Positions 34,103 to 42,848 of a stretch of DNA of 64,000 nt are shown here, piece after piece. A program made the position numbers and the translations under genes. The notes beneath the pieces were generated by a model that did no database searches, was not told the DNA's origin, and saw only the letters and a list, made by a program, of their open reading frames with translations. Origin of the DNA: Escherichia phage 04086; sequence record OR842557; one strand, given 5' to 3'. Each line of letters opens with the position of its first letter. Positions within the stretch are counted from its first letter, which is position 1.

Positions 34103-34639
34103 ATGAGCTTATATGATAATTTGATATCCAATATTGATTGGTTTAAAAATAGCGGTCTTTCCCATGAAACCAATTCAGTTCTTTATAGAATTCGCCAAGA
34201 CCTAGGCTATTCAAACGATTTCTTAAGCAGAACATCTAGCCGTGGCGATACTACCAAATTACCTTTTATTTTTGCTTTAGCTGAAGACCTTTCTTTTGAA
34301 GATGCTTTGGAAATTATTGACGTAAATCTGGCTATTCAACGAGTGGAATTCGCTGGACTACGTTATTCAGTATATTCTCTAAACGAGAGCGCTGATTGTG
34401 TGCTTCTTAATATGGCAGACGATGATTACCATTTAGTATGTTATGTAGCTTTAGAAAATGGTGATGTATTTGGAATGGTTGACCGCCGTCCATCTTACTC
34501 TGATATTAAAAATTATGATAAAGCCGAGCTTGGTATCTTAACTACTGAGTACACATTAGAAAGTCGTAAACAACAACGTAAGCTTAATCGTTTTATTGCT
34601 GAATGTCGCGAATACGCTAAAGAGGTTCAAAATGCATAA
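34103..34639 (+). CDS. hypothetical protein
   Basis: 178-aa ORF with strong RBS ggaggagagg. Confidence 0.5.
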   Translation: MSLYDNLISNIDWFKNSGLSHETNSVLYRIRQDLGYSNDFLSRTSSRGDTTKLPFIFALAEDLSFEDALEIIDVNLAIQRVEFAGLRYSVYSLNESADCVLLNMADDDYHLVCYVALENGDVFGMVDRRPSYSDIKNYDKAELGILTTEYTLESRKQQRKLNRFIAECREYAKEVQNA

Positions 34640-34985
34640 GCCTAGTAAAACCGACCCTGGTTACGCATTAGCAGATTATGATATAGCTATTTCCTTATTC
34701 CTCGGCATTGCTACTAGTATGACTGCAGGGATAATTGGATTTCTTGTCGGTGGGATTATTAATGGTATGCCTCGCCATCCGTTTGAAGATATGAGCCTTG
34801 CATGGATTTGGGTTCCGGCTTTAATAGGATTTTTTATCCCATGGGTCTTTGATATTGCCCAAACTAATAAAATAAACAAGCCACGTAAAAAGAGATATGC
34901 TTTAGCTATGGCTAATTATAATGAGTATGTAAAACAAACTAAACGTAATGACCTTGAAACCTTTATTAAGGAATGTAAATCATGA
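34632..34985 (+). CDS. predicted membrane protein with C-terminal FIKEC module
   Basis: 117 aa from ATG 34632; two hydrophobic helices; C-terminus ...NDLETFIKECKS resembles the C-terminus of ORF 39065-39652. Confidence 0.5.
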   Translation: MHKPSKTDPGYALADYDIAISLFLGIATSMTAGIIGFLVGGIINGMPRHPFEDMSLAWIWVPALIGFFIPWVFDIAQTNKINKPRKKRYALAMANYNEYVKQTKRNDLETFIKECKS

Positions 34986-35272
34986 ATAAAATTGAAATTG
35001 AAATCCCTGAATACAACAGCGCGCTGTCTGCAGAAAAGGCTATCTATGCTCTTCTGAATAAAGTGAATACCATCGAACATGAATGTGAAGCCATTGCCGA
35101 TAAGTATGGTATTCAATTCGGAACCGGTGATTATGGTTCAGGCCGTACATATTATCCTGTCGGTTATGAATGCTCCCAGTGGTTTAAAGATGAAATTGAA
35201 AACAATGGCGGTGAAGTTGAAAACGGTGTCGTTACAGTTGGTGCTTGGGTCTCCTCTTCGGCAATGTGCTAA
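34982..35272 (+). CDS. small protein, member 1 of the WxSSSxxC tandem paralog array
   Basis: 96 aa; ends GAWVSSSAMC; the next gene starts 9 nt downstream behind taaggaa. Confidence 0.6.
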   Translation: MNKIEIEIPEYNSALSAEKAIYALLNKVNTIEHECEAIADKYGIQFGTGDYGSGRTYYPVGYECSQWFKDEIENNGGEVENGVVTVGAWVSSSAMC

Positions 35273-35281
35273 GGAAACGCT

Positions 35282-35563
35282 ATGATGAATGATTACCGTA
35301 AAAATAAAGAGCTGGCTGAAGCAGTAAATGATATTCATAAAGCTATTCGTCGTGCTGAGGAAATTGCTAACAAATATGAGACTCATTTTAATATATACCC
35401 TGCTCGCGGTATGGGCGGTGACTATTATTCTCCTGGCGCCCTGAAAGCCGACCTTGCCCACTGGGAAGAATACGGTGAAGCTCAGTACGCTATTGTAAAC
35501 CAACATGATTACACTACCAGCCTAGAAAATGGTGGATGGGTATCCTCTTCTTCTGAATGTTAA
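35282..35563 (+). CDS. small protein, member 2 of the WxSSSxxC tandem paralog array
   Basis: 93 aa; ends GGWVSSSSEC; shares KY...YYxP core with member 1. Confidence 0.6.
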   Translation: MMNDYRKNKELAEAVNDIHKAIRRAEEIANKYETHFNIYPARGMGGDYYSPGALKADLAHWEEYGEAQYAIVNQHDYTTSLENGGWVSSSSEC

Positions 35564-35572
35564 GGAATTATT

Positions 35573-35770
35573 ATGTCTCGTGAACTAGATTGTGCAATCC
35601 GGACCGCTGCTGCGGCTATTGAAAACGTTATCCAGATTTGCAAAGAAGAACGTGAAGAAGCTGATATCTACATCGATGGTCAACGTGACCTGGAACGTCA
35701 TATCACGCTTTATAACGGTTGTATTACTATTAGTGGTACCTCTTGGGTGTCCTCCTCTTACGAATGCTAA
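35573..35770 (+). CDS. small protein, member 3 of the WxSSSxxC tandem paralog array
   Basis: 65 aa; ends TSWVSSSYEC. Confidence 0.6.
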   Translation: MSRELDCAIRTAAAAIENVIQICKEEREEADIYIDGQRDLERHITLYNGCITISGTSWVSSSYEC

Positions 35771-35779
35771 GGTAATAAA

Positions 35780-35992
35780 ATGACTATTGATGAAATTGAA
35801 AAACAAATCCGTGAATTAGTACGTAAAGGCCAGTCCGTGGCTGACGAAACAGGTGAAGAGTTCCATGTTTCTGGTCGTGGACAATACATTTCTCCAAAGA
35901 ACCCGGAATATGATGATTACGAATGGGTCCGTGATGATTACGGCATTCCTGATGGTGATGGTTTCTGGTTTACTTCTTCTATGTCTTGCTAA
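35780..35992 (+). CDS. small protein, member 4 of the WxSSSxxC tandem paralog array
   Basis: 70 aa; ends GFWFTSSMSC. Confidence 0.55.
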   Translation: MTIDEIEKQIRELVRKGQSVADETGEEFHVSGRGQYISPKNPEYDDYEWVRDDYGIPDGDGFWFTSSMSC

Positions 35993-36002
35993 GGAAATAA
36001 AA

Positions 36003-36227
36003 ATGTCTGATATTAATGAATTAGAAAAAGCTGCTCTTGAACTGGCTGCACTGTATAAGAAAGTAAAAGATATGGCTTCTGCCCAGGATTTCGGTGTTGA
36101 GCTCGATGATTATGACGGTGAAGTTCGTCTCGAAGATTGGCTGAATAGCTCTTGTTATGGTGAAGAAGCTGGTCGCACCTTCGTTGCTCAGGCCGATGGT
36201 AAAATCTGGTATCCGAGCTCATGCTAA
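36003..36227 (+). CDS. small protein, member 5 of the WxSSSxxC tandem paralog array
   Basis: 74 aa from ATG 36003 (ORF-track start 35853 is an overlapping extension); ends KIWYPSSC. Confidence 0.55.
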   Translation: MSDINELEKAALELAALYKKVKDMASAQDFGVELDDYDGEVRLEDWLNSSCYGEEAGRTFVAQADGKIWYPSSC

Positions 36228-36448
36228 AATTAAAGAAAAGATACATTCGTAAAATAAATGGTCTTCGCGATTATGCCAAAGGTTGGCCACTAAGTATTAT
36301 TATGGCTGATAGACACCCACGTTATAATACCGAGATGACTTATTACAAAAAGTATGATTCGTATTGTCGGTCTAAAGCAGGCCGTTTAGATGGTTCTTAC
36401 GAAGACTATTTTGGTAAAAAACCTACTCGTGTTTCGTTAGGAAAATAA
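36221..36448 (+). CDS. hypothetical basic protein
   Basis: 75 aa; ATG overlaps the preceding stop. Confidence 0.45.
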   Translation: MLKLKKRYIRKINGLRDYAKGWPLSIIMADRHPRYNTEMTYYKKYDSYCRSKAGRLDGSYEDYFGKKPTRVSLGK

Positions 36449-36478
36449 TTTAACCACATGGATGTGGTAGGAGGACTT

Positions 36479-36808
36479 ATGCATAAAGATTCAGTATTCA
36501 AATATCTTTTGAAAACAGATAAAGAATTCTATATGAATGGGCAAGCCTTCTTGTTCGTTCGTGGTAAACGTGAGATGTTTTACAAATGCGACCTCTCAAT
36601 GCACCATCATATGTATCACACCCACGGCGAGCCTATACTGGGGTTCTCTGGTGACGAAACTAGACATATAGCTATGTACTACGACCATTTTAAGCTCAAT
36701 GATTGTGGTGACAACGCTTTGGTCTGGAATCCATCTTGGCGTCGTTGGGATACGGTAGACAACGATAAATTATTTTTAGAATATTGCAGAAGTGATGTAC
36801 AACTCTAA
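36479..36808 (+). CDS. hypothetical protein
   Basis: 109 aa from ATG 36479 with AGGAGG RBS; His-rich (MHHHMYHTH). Confidence 0.5.
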   Translation: MHKDSVFKYLLKTDKEFYMNGQAFLFVRGKREMFYKCDLSMHHHMYHTHGEPILGFSGDETRHIAMYYDHFKLNDCGDNALVWNPSWRRWDTVDNDKLFLEYCRSDVQL

Positions 36809-36824
36809 AAATACGTGTTACTAT
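36795..36824 (+). promoter_or_regulatory. possible early promoter (ATGTAC-18-TACTAT)
   Basis: Weaker -35 but the same TACTAT -10 as the cassettes; upstream of ORF 36852. Confidence 0.3.
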
Positions 36825-36851
36825 TACCCTACACAAACATGAGGAGAACAT

Positions 36852-37091
36852 ATGTGGTATTACGCTCCGATGTCCGATAAGTCTAATGAACCGGTACGCA
36901 TTACTCGTGCCAAGTTTAAAAAGATTTACGGCTTTGCTTATAAGAAGTCTGATTACGGTGTTCGTTTTGAAGATGCCCACTGTATCAATGACCCTTATGC
37001 AGAAGAAATCTCTAATGAGATAATTCCTATCGTTGAGAGTAATTCCAATGATATGTGGGAATTGCATAACACTTACGTTGCCGAAATTTAA
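36852..37091 (+). CDS. hypothetical protein
   Basis: 79-aa ORF with GAGGAG RBS. Confidence 0.5.
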   Translation: MWYYAPMSDKSNEPVRITRAKFKKIYGFAYKKSDYGVRFEDAHCINDPYAEEISNEIIPIVESNSNDMWELHNTYVAEI

Positions 37092-37110
37092 GTTTACTGA
37101 GGAAAATATT

Positions 37111-38070
37111 ATGATGTTAGTTATTGGTTCTCGTGCACTGCACCAAGCTGGTTTGATTGAAAGTAAGTATATCGAAAATTCTGATTGGGATTTCATTGCC
37201 GACCAAGGCTCATGGAACCACTTTAAAGCACGTATGTTCGGTGCTCATGTACACGTTGACAATCCTGATGTTCAGGCTTTCAAATGTATGCATAATGGTA
37301 AAGAAACCTATTTCGAAGCTTATATCGTCCGGGCCCTGACTAATGTACGAGAAATTACCGGTGAGCTCCAAGATGAAGACTACACCTCAAGCTATCGTCT
37401 CCTGAAATATGCTGAAACCCATATTAAAAAGGACCGTCTTACAGGTTTCTATTGGGCAACGCCTGATATCTGTCTGGCTATCAAAACCTCTCATCGTTTC
37501 CTGAAGAATAATCCATTCTTCCTGAAAACTATGTCCCACATCAAATACCTTCGTAATAAAGGTATCACCCTGAATGAAGAACTCCAGGAAATTATGCTGC
37601 AACGTCAAAAAGAAACGTTGAGCTATTCCCATCCTAAATTGGATGTAAACAAATCATCGTTCTTTAATGATACCATTTATACCCTAGACCATGACTCTAT
37701 TCATGAAGCAGTGGCATTGGCAGGGCGCCCTGCATATACCTTTTATATGAAGGAAGGTTCTGAAGTCATGACCTCTCGTGAGAAGTTCGAGGCTTTGCCT
37801 GAAGCTATTAAACTGGCCGGTGTGTATGAAGAAACTTGTGTCCTGGCCCTAGAACGTTCACAGGTTCCTAATGACTTCAATATTTCACCATCATTAAGTT
37901 TCTATATGGCTCTTGAGAAAGTGTGTACCTCAATCACTTCAGGTTGGTTCCGCGAGTACGCCTGGGAAAACTACCAAGCTGTGGTTAATATGTATAAGGC
38001 TCTAGGTGAAAACGACTACATCAAGCGTTTCCAAGATAACCATCATTTAATTCGTCCTTTCGAAAAATAA
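37111..38070 (+). CDS. hypothetical protein with weak nucleotidyltransferase-like motif
   Basis: 319 aa from ATG 37111 (RBS GAGG); N-terminal VIGSRALHQAG...ENSDWDF loosely resembles a GS...DxD pattern and the N-terminus of ORF 50846. Confidence 0.45.
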   Translation: MMLVIGSRALHQAGLIESKYIENSDWDFIADQGSWNHFKARMFGAHVHVDNPDVQAFKCMHNGKETYFEAYIVRALTNVREITGELQDEDYTSSYRLLKYAETHIKKDRLTGFYWATPDICLAIKTSHRFLKNNPFFLKTMSHIKYLRNKGITLNEELQEIMLQRQKETLSYSHPKLDVNKSSFFNDTIYTLDHDSIHEAVALAGRPAYTFYMKEGSEVMTSREKFEALPEAIKLAGVYEETCVLALERSQVPNDFNISPSLSFYMALEKVCTSITSGWFREYAWENYQAVVNMYKALGENDYIKRFQDNHHLIRPFEK

Positions 38071-38083
38071 TTGCACAAAACAG

Positions 38084-38111
38084 TGTACAAGGTCTATAGG
38101 TGTGATACTAT
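38084..38111 (+). promoter_or_regulatory. early promoter cassette (GTGTAC-16-TACTAT) with flanking inverted repeat
   Basis: Near-identical to the 28982 cassette (caaggtctatagg...gatactatagacctatcaaaacaa). Confidence 0.5.
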
Positions 38112-38148
38112 AGACCTATCAAAACAACAGAGTGAAATGGAGAATAAA

Positions 38149-38361
38149 ATGAAACTTTCTAACCAAGCAATCAACATGTTAAACGAAGTTCGTGCAGCTG
38201 GTGCTAAATGCCTGATGGTTAACACTCGTGACGGTGACCTTCGTCAAGCATTTGGTGAATTGAAATCTGCTGACCTGGTTAAATGTTCAGTTGGTATTGG
38301 TAACGCACTTCGTGTATCCTTATCTCCTAAAGGTAAAATGTACTTTTTCAACAAAAAGTAA
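38149..38361 (+). CDS. hypothetical small protein
   Basis: 70 aa from ATG 38149 with the cassette leader gagtgaaatggagaataaaATG. Confidence 0.5.
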   Translation: MKLSNQAINMLNEVRAAGAKCLMVNTRDGDLRQAFGELKSADLVKCSVGIGNALRVSLSPKGKMYFFNKK

Positions 38362-38375
38362 GTGAGGAAAATATT

Positions 38376-39065
38376 ATGAACGGTCCGAAAACTTTTAATT
38401 CTCAAGCTCGTGCAGTCGGTGGTTTTGCTCAAGATATCAGTAATGATATGATTAAAAATGAGCCTATGTTCTTTAATTGCGATGCTTATTTTGCTCATAA
38501 ACACGGTGGTCCTATTACTCGTAGCTTTATTGAAAACCTGCCTGAAGATTGGCAATGTGGCCCTGATATTGTATTTGATTCCCGTGTACACATGTTAATG
38601 CCTGGCTGGTACCCTGCTATCCCAGGTTATCACCATGATGACGTACCGCGCCCGGATATTCCAGTTGGCCAACACTTTATTACTGCAGGGCAACCTGATT
38701 ATGATAATCCTCGATACCATTCTGAACATATTCTTGGTCTTGTTAACGCTGGTGTGTGTCCTACCCATTTTGCAACCGGAACTGCACAGTTCAGTCAGAT
38801 TCCTGAAGGCGAACTTATCTATCGCCAGTGGCATAAAGAAGTTCTGGAAAAAATTGAGTCCAATGAATTAACCAAGTGGGATGCTCCTGACCGCACGTTG
38901 CTCCAGTTTGATTGGCAGACATGGCATACAGGTTCTCGTGCAGTAAGTAATGGGTGGCGCTGGTTTGGTCGTGTGTCTCGTAATACAGACCGTGTTAAAA
39001 AGATTACAAATGAAATCCGCGTTAATGCTCAAGTATATCTGGAATTCCCTATGGAGGGCTGGTAA
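38376..39065 (+). CDS. hypothetical protein
   Basis: 229-aa ORF with GAGG RBS; His/Asp/Trp-rich; no confident motif. Confidence 0.5.
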   Translation: MNGPKTFNSQARAVGGFAQDISNDMIKNEPMFFNCDAYFAHKHGGPITRSFIENLPEDWQCGPDIVFDSRVHMLMPGWYPAIPGYHHDDVPRPDIPVGQHFITAGQPDYDNPRYHSEHILGLVNAGVCPTHFATGTAQFSQIPEGELIYRQWHKEVLEKIESNELTKWDAPDRTLLQFDWQTWHTGSRAVSNGWRWFGRVSRNTDRVKKITNEIRVNAQVYLEFPMEGW

Positions 39066-39652
39066 TGGCCCTTTATGAACCTGGTTGTATGGGTATTGAT
39101 ACAAACTTCATCCGTCGGTCGGAAAATGCTGGAATTATTATCCCAAGTGGTGAGACTATGATTATTAAAAAGTCCTGGCGAAATATTGATGATGGTGATG
39201 AAGGAATTTCAGCCAGTACAATAGATTGGTCAGGTTGTACTGCCGAAATGAAACAGCTTTTAATTGAGGAATATAAAATGGGCTATATCGTAAATGGCTG
39301 GCAAGCGGAACCACATAAAGAACAGACTCCAGACCCATTGATTTGTTATAGCAAAAAATACGGCTTCCGTGCATGGAGTGATGAATACGACAAATTGGTG
39401 AGTTCTAGATTCTATGTTTGGATGGGTATATTATTTTTCCCACTCCTAGGGTTTTTCCTGACAACAGATAATGACCTGCCTATTTGTGTATTCGCTTCAG
39501 CGATGTCTGCTGCTATCTTAGGTCTTATCGCATCATTTTTATGGACATCGGTTATCGAAGTACCTTTTCGTATTTCTAAAGTTAAAAAGGTATATGATGA
39601 TATCACTAAGAAAAATACATTAAACTCTTTTATTAAGGAATGCCGTAAATGA
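39065..39652 (+). CDS. predicted membrane protein with C-terminal FIKEC module
   Basis: 195 aa; hydrophobic segments in the C-terminal half; C-terminus ...NTLNSFIKECRK. Confidence 0.5.
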   Translation: MALYEPGCMGIDTNFIRRSENAGIIIPSGETMIIKKSWRNIDDGDEGISASTIDWSGCTAEMKQLLIEEYKMGYIVNGWQAEPHKEQTPDPLICYSKKYGFRAWSDEYDKLVSSRFYVWMGILFFPLLGFFLTTDNDLPICVFASAMSAAILGLIASFLWTSVIEVPFRISKVKKVYDDITKKNTLNSFIKECRK

Positions 39653-39885
39653 GCATTGCAATTTATATTAAATCTGAGTCATGTGATTCTTATCTGTATT
39701 CCTATGATACCGGAACATCAGAAGAGAAAATCAAAGAAGATTTAGAAAGCGATATGGATATGTTCTGTCCTATTGGTGACTATATGCTTCAAGTGTCTGA
39801 TAATGAAAGTCCATCATCAGAAAATAGACTTCAAATTATTATGCAAGATATTTTTAAACAATCATGGGAACGAGACGATGGGTAA
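39649..39885 (+). CDS. hypothetical acidic protein
   Basis: 78-aa ORF; stop overlaps the Nudix gene start. Confidence 0.45.
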   Translation: MSIAIYIKSESCDSYLYSYDTGTSEEKIKEDLESDMDMFCPIGDYMLQVSDNESPSSENRLQIIMQDIFKQSWERDDG

Positions 39886-40327
39886 GAAAGCTAAGGAATC
39901 ATCGGCAGGTATTTTGTTCATGACCGTTGATAAAGAACTGGTCATGGGTCGTGTAACAGGCTCTCGTAATCCAGAGAACATGCGTCATAAATGGGACATT
40001 CCTAAAGGTCATGTCGAACCAGGCGAAGAGCCTATTCAAGCGGCAATGCGCGAAACCGAAGAAGAGATTGGATTCACAGCATACGATCCTGCGTTCCTGA
40101 AAGACCTAGGTGAGTTCAAATATTCAAGCAATAAGAATCTACATCTGTTCTTATATACAGTGCCTGTGGAACACGAGCAGTTCAAGGATTGCAAATGTAC
40201 GGCTTACCATACGTTCCCTGATGGTCGCACGGTTCCTGAATTCGATGCGTTCGCTTTGATTAAACGTCCGCAATGGGAATATGTCATGGGCCCGTCGATG
40301 TATAAAGTTTTGAGTTCGCTCTTTTGA
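39878..40327 (+). CDS. nudE: Nudix hydrolase (NudE-like)
   Basis: Nudix box GHVEPGEEPIQAAMRETEEEIGF; start at ATG 39878 overlapping the upstream stop; position matches T4 e.1. Confidence 0.8.
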   Translation: MGKKAKESSAGILFMTVDKELVMGRVTGSRNPENMRHKWDIPKGHVEPGEEPIQAAMRETEEEIGFTAYDPAFLKDLGEFKYSSNKNLHLFLYTVPVEHEQFKDCKCTAYHTFPDGRTVPEFDAFALIKRPQWEYVMGPSMYKVLSSLF

Positions 40328-40335
40328 TATAAATA
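40328..40335 (+). promoter_or_regulatory. T4-type late promoter (TATAAATA) upstream of the HNH gene and lysozyme
   Basis: Exact plus-strand TATAAATA 5 nt upstream of the HNH ATG and about 730 nt upstream of e. Confidence 0.45.
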
Positions 40336-40340
40336 CCCGT

Positions 40341-41093
40341 ATGAATTATTTAAAAATATATGAATCTTTAATAGAATCCACTATTAAAAGACCTCACATA
40401 TGTGGGTACACCGAAAAACATCATATTTTACCGAAATCGATGGGTGGTAGTGATTCTATTGATAACTTAGTCGACCTCACCGCCCGAGAACATTTTATTG
40501 CACACCTATTATTGGCACGGATTTTTAAAAATCGCGAAATGTGGTCCGCTGTATATATGATGGCTTCAACAAGCTTGTCAAACTCTGACAGACATAGATG
40601 TTCATCGCATTTGTACGAATTATTGCGAGAACGTGCATCAATATATAATTCAGGTGAAAATTCTCCAAATTGGGGAATTAAACGTTCCGAAGAAACACGA
40701 TTAAAAATGTCAATTTCGAAAATGGGTTCCAAAAATCCAATGTATGGGATTCCTCAATGCTCGGAACACACCAACAAAATTAGTCTTGGTGTTATTGAAG
40801 CTTTTAAAAATCCGGAAATAAAAGAGCGACATAGGCAAAGTGTTTCCGGGGAACTCAATGGGTTTTATGGAAAGAACCATTCCGAAAAAAGTTTGGAAAA
40901 ACAACGGAATGCAAAACGGAAAGGATTTCCTTGGGACAATTATTCAGAATTGTACCCAATTTGGGTTTCATTAAATTGTCCCAAACATCCAACATTCACA
41001 AATGAACTTGTTAAATTGGGATATCCTAAAAAGAAACTTGTTCGAATAGTGGAAGAATTTAAAAATGAATATCTTCGAAATGTTACGCCTTGA
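40341..41093 (+). CDS. HNH homing endonuclease with NUMOD-like repeats
   Basis: [10 protein letters not shown]...[32 protein letters not shown] plus repeated SxxxxGxxNPMYG-type modules; the 3' end overlaps the lysozyme start by 29 nt. Confidence 0.8.
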   Translation: MNYLKIYESLIESTIKRPHICGYTEKHHILPKSMGGSDSIDNLVDLTAREHFIAHLLLARIFKNREMWSAVYMMASTSLSNSDRHRCSSHLYELLRERASIYNSGENSPNWGIKRSEETRLKMSISKMGSKNPMYGIPQCSEHTNKISLGVIEAFKNPEIKERHRQSVSGELNGFYGKNHSEKSLEKQRNAKRKGFPWDNYSELYPIWVSLNCPKHPTFTNELVKLGYPKKKLVRIVEEFKNEYLRNVTP

Positions 41094-41553
41094 TGAAGGC
41101 TGTAAATTGGACTTATATAAGGATACTGAGGGCTACTATACTATTGGCATTGGCCAATTGATTACTAAGAACCCTTCTAAAGATGTTGCTCGTGCTGAAC
41201 TTGATAAGCTTATGGGTCGAGTTTGTAATGGTCGTATTACTATGGCTGAAGCTGAACAACTCTTTAACCGATCGGTTGAAAATGCTCGTAGAGCTATTCT
41301 GCGTAATCCTAAATTGAAACCTGTTTATGATGTACTGGACGAAGTTCGTCGTTGTGCTTTAATTAACATGGTCTTCCAAATGGGTGAAGCAGGCGTAGCA
41401 GGGTTCACTAACTCTTTACGTATGCTCCAACAGAAACGTTGGAACGATGCGGCAGTTAACCTGGCTCAATCCCGTTGGTATAAACAAACTCCTAATCGTG
41501 CTAAGCGTGTTATCGCCACCTTTAAAACCGGCACATGGGCTGCTTATAGATAA
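41065..41553 (+). CDS. e: endolysin (T4 lysozyme e)
   Basis: 162 aa; [30 protein letters not shown] with Glu11/Asp20/Thr26 conserved; ...[31 protein letters not shown]...NRAKRVI matches T4 lysozyme. Confidence 0.95.
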   Translation: MNIFEMLRLDEGCKLDLYKDTEGYYTIGIGQLITKNPSKDVARAELDKLMGRVCNGRITMAEAEQLFNRSVENARRAILRNPKLKPVYDVLDEVRRCALINMVFQMGEAGVAGFTNSLRMLQQKRWNDAAVNLAQSRWYKQTPNRAKRVIATFKTGTWAAYR

Positions 41554-41558
41554 AAGCA

Positions 41559-41587
41559 GTTTACATCTCCTGTAGTCATGATACTAT
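41559..41587 (+). promoter_or_regulatory. early promoter cassette (GTTTAC-17-TACTAT) with 11-bp inverted repeat that includes the downstream RBS
   Basis: atctcctgtag ... ctacaggagat arms flank the -10; the 3' arm contains the AGGAG RBS of denV. Confidence 0.6.
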
Positions 41588-41615
41588 AGACCTATCAACT
41601 ACAGGAGATTAAAAA

Positions 41616-42023
41616 ATGACTCGTATCAACCTTACCTTAGTATCTGAATTGGCTGACCAACACTTAATGGCTGAATACCGTGAACTCCCACGGATTTTTG
41701 GTGCGGTTCGCGAACGTATTGCCAAAGGGCAAGGCTTCTCTGATATCCCTAAAGACTTCCGCCTTGGTGCAGGGCACGTCAAGTTCTTTTATGTCAAAAT
41801 TGGATTTTTGTTCTTGCGACAAAATGCAATAATTGAGGAACTTCTGAAGCGTGGTTACCAGATTCAAAATACCCATGTAGACGTAGCGGATATTCCATTA
41901 CGGCTCATGAACGATTTCACCCCATCCGAAGCTGATATAGCTTTAAGCCAAGCTCGATTGGACGAAAAAATTGCACAACGCCCTACCTGGTACAAACATT
42001 ACGGCAAGGCTATTTACGCTTAA
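41616..42023 (+). CDS. denV: endonuclease V (pyrimidine dimer DNA glycosylase) DenV
   Basis: 135 aa; [26 protein letters not shown]...[25 protein letters not shown] matches T4 DenV. Confidence 0.95.
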   Translation: MTRINLTLVSELADQHLMAEYRELPRIFGAVRERIAKGQGFSDIPKDFRLGAGHVKFFYVKIGFLFLRQNAIIEELLKRGYQIQNTHVDVADIPLRLMNDFTPSEADIALSQARLDEKIAQRPTWYKHYGKAIYA

Positions 42024-42065
42024 TTAAACCCGTGATAGAATACTTCTATCAACTTAAGGAATAAT

Positions 42066-42425
42066 ATGAAAACTTACCAACAATTTATTACTGAATCTAC
42101 TCAGCGCATTAACGAAGCTATGTCTCCTGAACAGTTGGCTAAAGCTAAAGAAGGGCTGAACCCGTCCGAAGTCTTTAAAGTTACAGGTAAAGATTTCTCT
42201 TCCATGGCCACTAACCAAAGTCTGGCTAAAGAACTTAAATCTAAATCTAACTTCATTCATGCTACATGGAATGGTGATTCTCTTACTTCAATAAGTGTGT
42301 ACAATAAAAAAGGTCTCCTTAAGAGTTCTTATGGCGCGGATGCCATCCGTGTTTCTAAATCAGATTGGCATAAAAACACTACTAAAGCAGAAAAACCTCA
42401 TAACCCGGCACTTGACCATCTTTAA
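42066..42425 (+). CDS. internal protein (capsid-targeting leader)
   Basis: 119 aa; N-terminus MKTYQQFITES. Confidence 0.65.
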   Translation: MKTYQQFITESTQRINEAMSPEQLAKAKEGLNPSEVFKVTGKDFSSMATNQSLAKELKSKSNFIHATWNGDSLTSISVYNKKGLLKSSYGADAIRVSKSDWHKNTTKAEKPHNPALDHL

Positions 42426-42433
42426 GGAATAAT

Positions 42434-42691
42434 ATGAAAACTTACCAGCAATTTATCGCAGAATCCACTTTAGTTTCTAAACGTTGGAATATGATTGTAA
42501 ACGTTAAACCTTCCGGCACTGAAGTTTCTATGGCCGACCCTAATGATGACGAACTTGAGCACGCTTTTAGCTCTAAAGAAACTGACGAGAAAGTGGTTAA
42601 GCAACTGGTTGCTGATGCAGACCAACTTCGTAAAGTAGCAGATGTTGTTAAGCTGTTTACTAAGAAAGGTTTTAAACACGAAGAGCGTTAA
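42434..42691 (+). CDS. internal protein (capsid-targeting leader)
   Basis: 85 aa; N-terminus MKTYQQFIAES; starts behind taaggaataatATG. Confidence 0.65.
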   Translation: MKTYQQFIAESTLVSKRWNMIVNVKPSGTEVSMADPNDDELEHAFSSKETDEKVVKQLVADADQLRKVADVVKLFTKKGFKHEER

Positions 42692-42699
42692 TTAGCATT

Positions 42700-42848
42700 T
42701 TAAATGGGAGCAAGCTGGACCTCGCAATTCTGTGAGGGACTCCCGCCAACCTGTAATAAGGTCGAGCCCAAGTGCGGTAATGGGTAAATGCAGAAAGGGA
42801 CGAATTAATGTGCCAAGGAATGGCCCCTCCACTTAAAAAGAGACAATT
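42700..42848 (+). ncRNA. candidate structured RNA / regulatory leader
   Basis: About 150-bp GC-richer gap with nested helices (gggag...[cctcgca-attc-tgtgagg]...ctccc); no ORF and no promoter cassette. Confidence 0.25.
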
